This document shows, in pieces, positions 11,187 through 21,211 of a stretch of DNA of 64,000 nt; positions within the stretch are counted from its first letter, which is position 1; the number at the start of each line of letters is the position of its first letter. Where the stretch lies: contig JAZDFB010000123.1 in assembly GCA_043808305.1 (NCBI GenBank), forward strand, positions 11,681 to 75,680, given 5' to 3'. The stretch comes from Planctomycetota bacterium (GTDB taxonomy: Bacteria; Planctomycetota; MHYJ01; JACQXL01). Under the pieces are notes generated by a model, which was not told where the DNA came from, did no database searches, and saw only the letters and a program-made list of their open reading frames with translations. The translations under genes and the position numbers were made by a program.

Positions 11187-11423
11187 ATGTTAAAGATAGA
11201 AATCGGTAAGACGGCGGGCGAGATGTGGAAATTCCTGGGCAAAAACGGCAAGACGCCGCTGTCAACAATATCCCAGGAAATGAAACTGAAACCGGACATT
11301 ACGACGATGGCAATCGGCTGGCTGGCCAGGGAGAATAAAATCAACGTCCAGCGCGAAGGCAAGTCGGTATCCGCAGCCCTGAATGACACCGAGGCGAAGG
11401 TTTACAAGCAGGTCCAGAAGTAA
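11187..11423 (+). CDS. Small winged-helix protein (DUF2582-like)
   Basis: 78 aa. Strong RBS GGAGGGAGGTGA. GEMWKFLGKNGKTPLSTISQEMKL..ITTMAIGWLARENKI resembles small wHTH proteins. Confidence 0.6.
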   Translation: MLKIEIGKTAGEMWKFLGKNGKTPLSTISQEMKLKPDITTMAIGWLARENKINVQREGKSVSAALNDTEAKVYKQVQK

Positions 11424-11455
11424 ACCCGCAGATGGCAAGAATTTAACTTTTACGG

Positions 11456-12820
11456 CTAAGAAGTTTTTTCTATGGCGCGATAGGCCGAATCCAACAGGAA
11501 TTCCAACTGCCGGTTTGTGATACTCAGCGGCGGTATCAGGACAATCACATCACCCAAGGGGCGCAGGATTATCCCGAACTTGCGGGCTTCAAGGATAACC
11601 CTGTGCCCCATTCTAATTTCATACGGATAAGGTTCTTTGGTTTTTTTGCTCCTGACCAATTCGATGCCAGCCATAAACCCGCACTGCCTGATATCTCCGA
11701 CATTCGGCAGGTTATGGAATTTTTCAAGGCGTTCCTTGAGCCGGCGTATTTTGAGTTGAAGCCGCCGGATGGTTTGCTCTTGGCGGAATATTTCCAGGTT
11801 AGCCAGTGCGGCGGCGCAAGCCAGCGGGTTGCCGGTATATGTATGCCCGTGGAAGAAAGTCTTTTTGTCTTCAGCCCGGCCCAGGAAGGCGTTGAATATT
11901 TTTTCGGTGGTAATGGTCGCGGCCAGAGGCAAGTAGCCTCCGGTGATGCCCTTGGCCACGGTCATGATATCGGGCCGGATAGATTCGTGTTCGCAGGCGA
12001 ACATCCGTCCGGTCCGTCCGAACCCGGTGGCTACTTCGTCGGTGACAAGGAGTATGTTATGTTCGGTGCACAGCCGGCGAAGCCGTTTAAGAAATCCGAC
12101 CGGTTGGGTAATCATTCCGGCCGCGCCCTGAATCAGGGGTTCGATAACCACCGCGGCTAATTCCCGGCAATGTTTCTTGATTAGTTGTTCCGCTGCGGCC
12201 AGGCAGGATATTTTACAGGTAGTTCTTTCCAGCTTCAGCGGGCACCTGTAACAGTACGGCGCCAGCGCCCGGATAGTCCGGAAAAGCATGGGTTTATATG
12301 CCGCGTGGAACAGGTCCATCCCGCCCAGGCTGACCGAACCGATGGTGTCGCCGTGATAGGCATTGGCAAAGGTAAGAAATTTGGTTTTGCGGGCATTAAC
12401 TTTATGGTTGCCGGGCGCCTGCTGCCAGAACTGGAATGCCATTTTTAGGGCGATTTCCACGGCCGTGGAGCCGCTGTCGGAATAAAATACACGGGTCAGG
12501 CCTTGGGGCGCGATGCCGATAAGCTGTCGGGCCAGTTCGATGGCCGGGATATTAGCCAGCCCAAGCATGGTGGAATGGGCGACCCGGCCGAGCTGACGGC
12601 GGATAGCGTTGTTTATTTCTGGCCGGCCGTGCCCATGGACGTTGCACCAGAGCGAAGATACGCCATCCAGATATGCCCGGTTATCGGTATCATAAAGATA
12701 ATTGCCCTTGGCCCGGCTGATTACCAAAATATCATCAGACATCCAATCCTTCATCTGGGTGAACGGGTGCCAGAGATATTTTTTGTCGAGTCTTGACAAC
12801 TCCCGAACGCGGTTATTCAT
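11456..12820 (-). CDS. bioA: Adenosylmethionine-8-amino-7-oxononanoate aminotransferase
   Basis: 454 aa. KKYLWHPFTQMKDW, SDSGSTAVEIALKMA, DEVATGFGRTGRMFA, TVAKGITGGYLPL (PLP lysine context). Confidence 0.85.
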   Translation of the reverse strand: MNNRVRELSRLDKKYLWHPFTQMKDWMSDDILVISRAKGNYLYDTDNRAYLDGVSSLWCNVHGHGRPEINNAIRRQLGRVAHSTMLGLANIPAIELARQLIGIAPQGLTRVFYSDSGSTAVEIALKMAFQFWQQAPGNHKVNARKTKFLTFANAYHGDTIGSVSLGGMDLFHAAYKPMLFRTIRALAPYCYRCPLKLERTTCKISCLAAAEQLIKKHCRELAAVVIEPLIQGAAGMITQPVGFLKRLRRLCTEHNILLVTDEVATGFGRTGRMFACEHESIRPDIMTVAKGITGGYLPLAATITTEKIFNAFLGRAEDKKTFFHGHTYTGNPLACAAALANLEIFRQEQTIRRLQLKIRRLKERLEKFHNLPNVGDIRQCGFMAGIELVRSKKTKEPYPYEIRMGHRVILEARKFGIILRPLGDVIVLIPPLSITNRQLEFLLDSAYRAIEKTS

Positions 12821-12934
12821 ATAATAAATTTAACTATAACTTTTTTATTACCGATGTCAAATAAGCGGCGTAGTGTTTCTATACTCTGGCAGTATCCTTC
12901 ACAGACTGCCGAACTATTAATCGAAAGGTGCTTG

Positions 12935-14311
12935 ATGAAAGTCCTTAAATTCGGCGGCGCCAGCCTGAAAAACCCGGCCGCTTTCCGCGACGTAGCCAGG
13001 ATAATCATCAATACACGCGATGAAAAAGCGGTAGTGCTTTCGGCGCTTAACGGCGTGACGGACAGCCTGATTGGCTTCATCAGGATTATTTCAAGGAAGC
13101 CCCAAAACGAGGCGCTGATAAAAAGATTTGTCCGTAAGCTGAAAGACCGGCATCTTAATATACTGGAAAATGCGGTGGGAAAAAGAGCCATAAGGGCTGA
13201 AACTATCCGGGCGCTAAACCTTAACCTGTCTAAATTGGAGCGGCTTTTCTACGGAATCAGTTACATAGAAGAAGTCAGCAACCGGAGCCGTGATTTTATC
13301 ATCAGTTTCGGCGAACGGCTGATTGTCCTGGTAATGGCTGATGTGCTTCACAGCATGGGTGCAAAGACCGAGCCGCTGGAGACCGATAAAATCGGCCTCA
13401 TTACAGACGGTGATTTCGGCAAGGCATCGGCAATCCTACCTTTGACTACCAATAATTTAAGACAGAATCTCACGCCTCTTATAAAAAAAGGCGTAACCCC
13501 GCTGATAACCGGATTCTTCGGCTGTGACCGGCACCAACGCACCACCACCTTTGGACGGGGTGGGAGCGATTATAGCGCCTCTGTTGTGGCTTACGCCCTT
13601 GATGCCGACCAGCTGGAAATATGGAAAGACGTTAATGGTTTTATGAGCGTCAGCCCGAAGATAGTCCGGAGCGGGTACCTTATAGATGTTCTTTCTTATG
13701 ACGAAGCGGCCGAGCTGGCGTATTTCGGCGCCGAGATACTTCATCCGCGGATGGTCGAGCCGGCGATGCTGAAGAAAATTCCGATAATTATCCGAAATAC
13801 ATTCAATCCCAAGCATAAAGGCACGGCTATCGTGGCCGAAGGATACGAAAGAAAAGGAATCGTCAAAGGCATTGCTTACGACAGGAATATTGCTATCCTG
13901 AAAATCCACGGGGCCGGCGTAGGCTACAAGCCGGGTGTCCTGCAGGACATTACTTCAAGTATTGCCAACTGCGGGCTTAATATCAAGTCAGTCATAACAT
14001 CCCAGACCTGTATAAACATATTGCTGGCCAAAGATGATTTGGAACAAGCCTATAAATCCCTATCAAAGGCCCACGTTAACATTATTGAGCATCTTGAGAA
14101 AGTAAGAGGCATTGCGCTGATTGGGATAGTTGGTGAAGGGCTGGTTAAAGCCAAAGGGTTGGCAGCGCAGGTTTTCAAGGCGGTGGCTGATGAAGGTGTG
14201 AACGTGGAAGTAATTTCAGCCGGGGCATCTTCGGTGGCATATTATTTCATCATCAAAGATAAATTCCTGAAGCGCGCGGTCCGGGCTATTTATCAGCAGT
14301 TCTTCGATTAG
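12935..14311 (+). CDS. lysC: Aspartate kinase
   Basis: MKVLKFGGASLKN start behind GAAAGGTG. TTFGRGGSDYSA, EAAELAYFGAEILHP, and C-terminal ACT-like repeats. The track ORF starts 81 nt upstream. Confidence 0.88.
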   Translation: MKVLKFGGASLKNPAAFRDVARIIINTRDEKAVVLSALNGVTDSLIGFIRIISRKPQNEALIKRFVRKLKDRHLNILENAVGKRAIRAETIRALNLNLSKLERLFYGISYIEEVSNRSRDFIISFGERLIVLVMADVLHSMGAKTEPLETDKIGLITDGDFGKASAILPLTTNNLRQNLTPLIKKGVTPLITGFFGCDRHQRTTTFGRGGSDYSASVVAYALDADQLEIWKDVNGFMSVSPKIVRSGYLIDVLSYDEAAELAYFGAEILHPRMVEPAMLKKIPIIIRNTFNPKHKGTAIVAEGYERKGIVKGIAYDRNIAILKIHGAGVGYKPGVLQDITSSIANCGLNIKSVITSQTCINILLAKDDLEQAYKSLSKAHVNIIEHLEKVRGIALIGIVGEGLVKAKGLAAQVFKAVADEGVNVEVISAGASSVAYYFIIKDKFLKRAVRAIYQQFFD

Positions 14312-14404
14312 CTTTCCGGAAAGCCGCGTATTTCAATTTGACATTTCATGGACGGGTATTTTTGTTGACTTTTCAAGTCTATTATAGCAATAATATCAGG
14401 ATAG

Positions 14405-16933
14405 ATGAAAGACAAAACCGTTAATTCAAGCGATAAACTCCAGCTCGAAATCCCCCTAAAACATAAAGCCCTTTTTGATGTTCTTAACAATCTGTCTGTT
14501 TGCGTGGTGGTGCTAAACAGGAAAGGGGAAATAGTGCTTTTTAATAAGGCGGCCCAACAACTAACCGGGTATTCGCTGGATAACCTGAAAGGCAAGCCAA
14601 TCTGGAGCGAATTTACGCCGCCGGACGAAATAGAAAAAGTAAAGGCTATGTTCGTCGGGCTGAAAAATGCTAAGTCTATCGAACCTATGGAACGGGTTTG
14701 GAAATCCAAGACTGGCCAGGATCGTTGGATCCGCTGGTCCGCCAACATCATATTAAATGACTCTAATGAAGTGGAATATATCATCGGCACCGGCATAGAT
14801 TTGACCAGCCAGAAAGAAGCGGAAAATACCCTTAGAAATAATGAAACTTTTTTAAATAGTGTATTTTCCAGCATTCAGGATGGTGTCAGTGTCCTTGATA
14901 ACGATTATAATATACTTAAAGTAAACCGCTCTATGGAAAAGTGGTACGAACACGCTATGCCGCTGGTCGGTAAAAAGTGCTACCAAGCCTATCACTTAAG
15001 AGAAAAACCGTGCGAGATATGCCCGACTCGTAAAACATTGGAAACTAACCAGCCCGCTTTCGAGGTTGTCCCCAAAACCGGACTGAAAGGCAAGATTGTC
15101 GGTTGGCAGGGGTTGTATACATTTCCTCTAATGAATAATGTGACCAGTAAGCAGCTGGGGGTTATTGAATACGTCCGGGATATCTCAAAAGAGAAGCAGG
15201 TCGAAGAAGACCTGAAAGAAAGCGAAGAGAAATATCGAACCATTATTGAAAACGCCAATGATATTATTTGGACGCTGGATATCAACGGGAATTTTACATT
15301 TGCCAACCGGCAGGCCGAAATAACCACCGGGCATAACTTAGAAAGCTGGATAGGAAAATCTTTTACTCCATTGGTGCATCCGAACGATGTAACTATAGTT
15401 AATGAAACAGCAGAAAAAGTATTGGCCGGCGAATCGCAACAACTCACGATCAGGCTTTATAACCGGAATGGGGTGCTAATAACTGCGGCTATTAATGCCG
15501 CTCCAATTTATAAAAAAGGAGTTGTCGCTGGGATGGTGTGCTTTGGACGCGATATTACAGCCCGAAAAATGATGGAAGACGCCTTGCATCAGAGCGAAAA
15601 ACGTTATCGGATTCTGGCTGAAACCGCCCAGGATATCATATTTATTGTTGATTACAACGGCGTTGTTCAGTATGTCAACACCTGCGCAGCCAATGTGCTC
15701 CGAAAAAATCAGGCAGAGCTTATCGGCAAAAATATCGGGGATTTATTCCCGGTTGAAACAGGCAGCAGGTTTAAAACAAATATTCAAAAAGTATTTGACA
15801 GCGGCCAACCATTGTATATCCGGGACCAAACGAAATATCCAACCGGAGAAGTGTGGTTGGGCAGTTGGTTGGCTCCGATCAAGAATGCATCCAAAAATGT
15901 AACATCGGTTATGGGCATTTCAAGGGATGTTACCAAACAAAAACAAGTAGAAGATGCATTGTATGAAAGCGAGTCAAAATACCGCAATTTGGTGGAAAAT
16001 ATACAGGATGGAATTTTTGTTATCCAGGATACCAAGACACAATTTGTCAATGATGCTTTTGTTAAAATGTTCGGATATCCAGTAGAGGAAATTATTGGTT
16101 CTGATTTCAGAAAGTTTATTGCGCCGGAAGATGTGGCTACCGTTGAAGAACGTTATTTCAAAAGGCAATCCGGTGAAAAAATACCGAAAGAATACGACTT
16201 CCGAATTATACACAAAGACGGCAAAACTAAGGTGCCGGTCAACTTAACCGTAGGGATTATTACTTACAAAAACCGGGTCGCCACTATGGGCACCCTTAAA
16301 GATATTACTGCACACAAATTGGCAGAAGCGGCGTTAAAACAAAGTTTAAACCAAACACAAAAAACTTTAAAGGGGATTGTTAACACTCTTTCTTTTATTG
16401 CCGAAAAAAGAGACCCTTATACCGCGGGCCATCAATTCAATACGGCGCGTCTGGCCGAAGCCATAGCCAAGGAAATGAACCTGCCCGAGGAAAAGATAGA
16501 GTGTATCAGGATTGCGGCAATCCTTCATGATATCGGAAAAATATCCGTCCCGGCGGAAATTCTCAGTAAACCGGGGAAATTAACTGAAACCGAATTAGAT
16601 ATCATTAAAATACATCCTCAAAGCGGGTTTGAAATATTGCAGAATATCGAGTTCCCCTGGCCGATTGCCCAGGTTATCCACCAACATCATGAACGCCTGA
16701 ATGGCTCGGGGTACCCGCTTGGTATTTCAGGTAAAGATATTCTTATTGAATCGAAAATATTGGGCGTTGCTGACGTAGTTGAGTCTATGGCCCTCGAGCG
16801 CCCATACCGAGCTGTCAAAGGGCTGAATGCGGCACTTGATGAAATAACTAATAATAAAGGCCTGCTTTATGATTCCGAAGCGGTTGATGCTTGTGTTAGG
16901 CTGTTTAAGGAAAAAGGTTTTAAGCTAGGATAA
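14405..16933 (+). CDS. Multi-PAS sensor protein with a C-terminal HD-GYP domain (probable c-di-GMP phosphodiesterase)
   Basis: 842 aa. About five PAS-like blocks (S-box patterns such as NANDIIWTLDINGNFTF and AQDIIFIVDYNGVVQYVN). AILHDIGKISVP and HHERLNGSGYP. Confidence 0.88.
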   Translation: MKDKTVNSSDKLQLEIPLKHKALFDVLNNLSVCVVVLNRKGEIVLFNKAAQQLTGYSLDNLKGKPIWSEFTPPDEIEKVKAMFVGLKNAKSIEPMERVWKSKTGQDRWIRWSANIILNDSNEVEYIIGTGIDLTSQKEAENTLRNNETFLNSVFSSIQDGVSVLDNDYNILKVNRSMEKWYEHAMPLVGKKCYQAYHLREKPCEICPTRKTLETNQPAFEVVPKTGLKGKIVGWQGLYTFPLMNNVTSKQLGVIEYVRDISKEKQVEEDLKESEEKYRTIIENANDIIWTLDINGNFTFANRQAEITTGHNLESWIGKSFTPLVHPNDVTIVNETAEKVLAGESQQLTIRLYNRNGVLITAAINAAPIYKKGVVAGMVCFGRDITARKMMEDALHQSEKRYRILAETAQDIIFIVDYNGVVQYVNTCAANVLRKNQAELIGKNIGDLFPVETGSRFKTNIQKVFDSGQPLYIRDQTKYPTGEVWLGSWLAPIKNASKNVTSVMGISRDVTKQKQVEDALYESESKYRNLVENIQDGIFVIQDTKTQFVNDAFVKMFGYPVEEIIGSDFRKFIAPEDVATVEERYFKRQSGEKIPKEYDFRIIHKDGKTKVPVNLTVGIITYKNRVATMGTLKDITAHKLAEAALKQSLNQTQKTLKGIVNTLSFIAEKRDPYTAGHQFNTARLAEAIAKEMNLPEEKIECIRIAAILHDIGKISVPAEILSKPGKLTETELDIIKIHPQSGFEILQNIEFPWPIAQVIHQHHERLNGSGYPLGISGKDILIESKILGVADVVESMALERPYRAVKGLNAALDEITNNKGLLYDSEAVDACVRLFKEKGFKLG

Positions 16934-16944
16934 TTAATAATCAA

Positions 16945-18282
16945 TTGATAGTTCCTCTATCAAAATTAAAACCTGATATCAGGGCTGTTTTTGCCGCAGT
17001 TCTGGAATCCGCCAATCCTTATAAATCTATCCTGAAATGTCTGAAGAGGAAAGGACGTATTCTGCGAGCCGGTAAATACGGCTACAACCTTTCTTGTTTC
17101 CATCATATCTATGTGTTCGGCGCTGGTAAAGCCGCCTTGTTGATGGCTCAAGCTGCGAAGAAAGTCCTCGGTCGCTACCTGGCCGGCGGTATCGTATGCA
17201 TCCCGGATAATTATCCGATAAAAACGGCCCTGAATAAAATAAAGATACGCGTTGCGGCTCATCCCATACCAAACAAATCAAGCCAGCAGGCGGCTCTTGG
17301 TGTGAGAGAAATGCTAAAAACCGCGTCAACAAACGATTTTGTTATCTATCTTGCCTCTGGCGGCGGTTCATCTTTGCTCGTACTTCCGGCACCCGGCATC
17401 ACATTGAAAGATTTACAGCAGTTAACCGGCCTGTTACTGAAGTCCGGAGCCAGTCTAAATGAGATGAATACCGTTCGCAAACATATTGATATGGTCAAAG
17501 GCGGCTGGTTAGCTCGTCATGCTTATCCGGCATCTCTGCTTACCCTGGTTTTATCCGATGTCGTTGGCGACAAAATTGAAATGGTTTCTTCGGGTCCGAC
17601 TCTGCCGGATACGTCCACGTTTAAAGACGCGCACAATATCCTGATGAAATATGGTCTCGGGCGTAAAATACCCCGTTCAATAAGAGAAAGAATAAAATCC
17701 GGATTGATAGGAGGAGTCTCCGATACTCCCAAACCGGGGGATATTTGTTTCTTGAGAAATCAAGCGGTTCTCATAGGCACAAACAGGCTTGCTTTAGAAT
17801 CCGCTCGGAGTAAGGCGGAATCACTCGGTTATCATGCCATAGTTTTGCCTCTGGCTGTTACCGGTGAGGCGTGTGTCGCGGCTTACATCAATGCCGGGAA
17901 AGCTGTGCAACTGGCCAAAAGAAGGATCAAACCCTTGCTTATTATTTCCGGTGGCGAAACAACTGTTAGTGTCAAAGGTAGCGGCATCGGCGGCCGGAAC
18001 CAGGAATACGCACTGGCTTTTGCCATCAGGATGAAAGAGCTCAATTTCCGTAACTTTGTCTGCTTGAGCTGCAGCACTGATGGTATAGATAATGTAAAGG
18101 GAGTTGCCGGCGCTATTGTTGACGGCACATCAATTGATAAAGCTGTCGCCAAAGGCCTGAATCCGAACAGTCTTTTAAAGAATAATAATTCTTATCGTTT
18201 TCACAAGGCTATCAACTCGCTCGTAAAAACTGGCCCGACCGGCACGAATGTGAACGATATCCAGATTACAGCTGTCTGGTAG
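16945..18282 (+). CDS. Glycerate 2-kinase / TtuD-like protein (DUF4147 + MOFRL)
   Basis: 445 aa. FGAGKAA, LASGGGSSLL, VRKHID.VKGG, ISGGETTV.V.G.G.GGRNQE, TDGIDN. Confidence 0.75.
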   Translation: MIVPLSKLKPDIRAVFAAVLESANPYKSILKCLKRKGRILRAGKYGYNLSCFHHIYVFGAGKAALLMAQAAKKVLGRYLAGGIVCIPDNYPIKTALNKIKIRVAAHPIPNKSSQQAALGVREMLKTASTNDFVIYLASGGGSSLLVLPAPGITLKDLQQLTGLLLKSGASLNEMNTVRKHIDMVKGGWLARHAYPASLLTLVLSDVVGDKIEMVSSGPTLPDTSTFKDAHNILMKYGLGRKIPRSIRERIKSGLIGGVSDTPKPGDICFLRNQAVLIGTNRLALESARSKAESLGYHAIVLPLAVTGEACVAAYINAGKAVQLAKRRIKPLLIISGGETTVSVKGSGIGGRNQEYALAFAIRMKELNFRNFVCLSCSTDGIDNVKGVAGAIVDGTSIDKAVAKGLNPNSLLKNNNSYRFHKAINSLVKTGPTGTNVNDIQITAVW

Positions 18283-18366
18283 ATATCAAATCATCTATTT
18301 TTCTTGCTTTTATCCTAGATTTTCTATACTACCCTTTCAATTATTAATATTTGAGAGGAGTAATTT

Positions 18367-19638
18367 ATGTCCGAAGAAAAAGTAATGAATCGTTATTTAG
18401 TAGTTGTCGGCGCGGTACTTATTCAACTGGCCTTGGGCGCCATATACGCCTGGTCGGTTTTTACCTCACCGCTCAAAGAAGCCGGTTGGTCTAATTCCGA
18501 CACGCAGTATGTGTTTTCGGCCGGGCTGGCTTTCTTCGCCGTTGTTATGGTGATAGCCGGCCGTCTTATGCCCAAGATTGGTCCGCGTAAACTGGCTATT
18601 TCCGGCGGTATTGTTCTGGGATTAGGTTACCTCTTAGGCGGCTTGGTCGGCGAAATGAGCAAGCCGCTCATCATTCTTTTTATCGGCGTTATCGGGGGCA
18701 GCGGCATCGGATTAGCCTATGTCGTTCCCATTGCCGTATGTATGCGTTGGTTCCCGGACAAGAAAGGGCTTATTACCGGTATCGCCGTCGCCGGATTCGG
18801 TTTCGGCGCCATGTTATGGGTTAAGCTGGCCAGTGAATGGGGTGGTCTGATTGCCACCTATGGATTGAGCAATACCTTTGCTATTTATGGCATTATTTTC
18901 TTCGTCATGGTAATCATCGGCGGTATTTGGATGGTCTTTCCGCCTGCGGGCTGGAAACCGGCCGGATGGCAGCCACCGGCTCCACAGGCGGGCAAGGCCT
19001 GCGGCGCAGTTGATTTTACATCCGGTGAAATGCTCAAAACCGGCCAATTCTTTATGATCTTCATCATTTTTGTCTTTAGCGCCGGGGCCGGCCTTATGAC
19101 CATCGGACTGATGAAGTTATTCCCGACAAAAGCGCTTATGGCGCAGTCGGGCATGAGTGAAGCCGCCGCTAAAGCCGTAGCCGGCACAGCTATGGCAGTT
19201 TTTTATTCATTAGCCAACGGATTGGGCCGTATCGTCTGGGGTATCATTTCCGATAAGATCGGGCGCAAACTCTCGATAATTATTATGACTGCCACGCAGG
19301 GCGTATTTATGATTCTTTTCCAATGGTTTGCCGGAACCACCGGGCTATTATATCTGGGCGCCACGATGATTGGTTTTAATTTCGGCGGTAACTTCTCATT
19401 ATTCCCCACTATCTGCGCGGATACCTTCGGCGCCAAATATATCGGCCAGAATTACGGCTGGGTATTTTTAGCCTATGGCATCGGCGGGATTTTTGGGCCG
19501 ATCCTCGGCGGAAAACTCGGCGACCTCAATAATTTCCCGCTGGCCTTTACTATTTGCGGTGTTCTCTGCTTGGCCGCCGCCGGACTCTCAGCGACGCTAA
19601 AGCCGCCCAAGAAAAAAGAAGCCCTGAACCCGCAATAA
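18367..19638 (+). CDS. MFS transporter (oxalate/formate antiporter-like)
   Basis: 423 aa, about 12 hydrophobic segments. GAIYAWSVF and RWFPDKKGLITGIAVAGFGFGA are typical of the OFA subfamily. Confidence 0.8.
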   Translation: MSEEKVMNRYLVVVGAVLIQLALGAIYAWSVFTSPLKEAGWSNSDTQYVFSAGLAFFAVVMVIAGRLMPKIGPRKLAISGGIVLGLGYLLGGLVGEMSKPLIILFIGVIGGSGIGLAYVVPIAVCMRWFPDKKGLITGIAVAGFGFGAMLWVKLASEWGGLIATYGLSNTFAIYGIIFFVMVIIGGIWMVFPPAGWKPAGWQPPAPQAGKACGAVDFTSGEMLKTGQFFMIFIIFVFSAGAGLMTIGLMKLFPTKALMAQSGMSEAAAKAVAGTAMAVFYSLANGLGRIVWGIISDKIGRKLSIIIMTATQGVFMILFQWFAGTTGLLYLGATMIGFNFGGNFSLFPTICADTFGAKYIGQNYGWVFLAYGIGGIFGPILGGKLGDLNNFPLAFTICGVLCLAAAGLSATLKPPKKKEALNPQ

Positions 19639-19645
19639 ATTGCGG

Positions 19646-20218
19646 CTAAACTGAGCCGGCCATTGATTTGCCGGACTCAAAAACTTCCTGCAGGGCGGTG
19701 GGATGCTTTTTGATATCACCCTTGTTATCTATGCTCCGGTAAAAACGCTCGCCTTTGTATTCAACATTAATCGTATCAAAGAAATATTTTACGGTTTGCT
19801 TAATGCCATCGAAAAGTAATTTGCCCTTTGTTCCGCCGACCGAGATAAAGAACCCCGCCCTTTTCCGCCCCATATCCCACATAAGAATGTGTTTTCTGGC
19901 CCAGAGCGCCTGGGTTCGGTCAACCAACGTCTTCGCCTGGGACGGCAGATTACAGAAAAATACCGGCGCCGCCAACACGACAATATCAGCGCTCAAAAGT
20001 CTGCTGTAAATCCCTTCCATATCATCATTAAAAATACAATCGCCGGTTTTTAAACAGGCGTTGCACTCGGTGCACGGCTTTATGTTTAAATCACGCATGC
20101 ATAGCTTTTCGATATGCGCGCCGGGCGCGGCGGATAATGCCCCCCTAAGGAATTCTTCCATTAATATATCCGTGTTCCCGTTCTTGCGAGGACTCCCGTA
20201 TAATGCCAATATATCCAT
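19646..20218 (-). CDS. Flavodoxin-like FMN reductase / iron-sulfur flavoprotein family
   Basis: ILALYGSPRKNGNTD, Cys cluster CTECNACLKTGDC, and ADIVVLAAPVFF. Confidence 0.75.
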   Translation of the reverse strand: MDILALYGSPRKNGNTDILMEEFLRGALSAAPGAHIEKLCMRDLNIKPCTECNACLKTGDCIFNDDMEGIYSRLLSADIVVLAAPVFFCNLPSQAKTLVDRTQALWARKHILMWDMGRKRAGFFISVGGTKGKLLFDGIKQTVKYFFDTINVEYKGERFYRSIDNKGDIKKHPTALQEVFESGKSMAGSV

Positions 20219-20403
20219 GGCTATGGTTTATCAATATTTTTGCGGTTAGCAAAAGATATTCATAATAATCTTTCTTGACTTTCCATAGGTTTTTGGTTTA
20301 ATAATACAATTCGCCAAAAGAAATGGTTTCGATGAGTTACTTTTTTAACGCCGAGGAAATAGGCTCTATCGGCTGGATTATCTTACATATAATAATTATT
20401 TCC

Positions 20404-20432
20404 TTGACTTTTTGGCTTGGCTCTGCTATAAG
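20404..20432 (+). promoter_or_regulatory. Sigma70-like promoter candidate for the CsgG-like/surface-protein block
   Basis: TTGACT, 17-nt spacer, TATAAG. A second TTGACT lies at 20275. Confidence 0.4.
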
Positions 20433-20475
20433 ATTTTAAATTAACAGTATTAATGAAATGAAAGGAGTTAACCAA

Positions 20476-21183
20476 ATGACAAAGAATATTATCAGCGGTC
20501 TGGTTGCGGGTCTGGCTTTTAGCCTTGCTATGGGTTGCGGGTCTTCCAGCGTATCTTCCTCATACATTAAGGACACCACCCCGGTTGCAAAATACACGCC
20601 GCCTCCGGCTAATATCCAGCTCAAACGCATTGCCATCCTGCCTTTCAAGGATAAAACCACCAACAGCCCCATCAAAGGCGATGTGGGCAGTATGGCCATT
20701 GACCAGTTGACCACGCTCCTGGTAAATACCGGCCGGTTTTCCGTTATTGAGCGGGAGCTGCTGGATAAGGTTCTGCAGGAACAAGGTTTGGCCAATAAGG
20801 GTATTCTTGACAACGCCACCGCCGCCCAGGTGGGAAAAATTCTGGGCGCCGAGCTGATTTTCACCGGCGCGGTTACCAACTGGGAAGTCAGGGAAGCTAA
20901 ACAAGGCACTTATGTTTTTATAGTCAGTAGCAGCGAAAGAGCGATTGATATCGACCTGGCTATAGACGGCCGGATTATCAACACCACCACCAGCGAGATA
21001 ATGTTTGCCGATTCCGGAGAAATCAAACGCCAGGAAAAAATTTCGTCTACATCAATCCTGGGCGGCTCTCCCGGCGGCTATATCAGGCTGGACCAATCCG
21101 TAGCCGGCAAACAGCTCAGGCTGGCTCTGGATGACATGCTTTCGAAAATTATCCCTAAAGTGGACGCTAAATTCTCCAAGTAA
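20476..21183 (+). CDS. CsgG/HfaB-family lipoprotein (copy 1)
   Basis: Start at MTKNII behind AAAGGAG. Lipobox LAMGC. IAILPFKDKT...MAIDQLTTLLVNTGRFSVIERELLDKVLQEQ...AAQVGKILGAELIFTGAVTNWE matches the CsgG-family core pattern. Confidence 0.75.
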   Translation: MTKNIISGLVAGLAFSLAMGCGSSSVSSSYIKDTTPVAKYTPPPANIQLKRIAILPFKDKTTNSPIKGDVGSMAIDQLTTLLVNTGRFSVIERELLDKVLQEQGLANKGILDNATAAQVGKILGAELIFTGAVTNWEVREAKQGTYVFIVSSSERAIDIDLAIDGRIINTTTSEIMFADSGEIKRQEKISSTSILGGSPGGYIRLDQSVAGKQLRLALDDMLSKIIPKVDAKFSK

Positions 21184-21211
21184 TTTACAATTGCACTAAA
21201 GAGGAGGTTTT

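Noticed and set aside
12817-13191. A 124-aa minus-strand ORF overlapping the bioA-lysC spacer and the start of the aspartate kinase gene.
   Set aside because: It overlaps the aspartate kinase N-terminus (KFGGASL motif on the plus strand). No RBS and no motifs.
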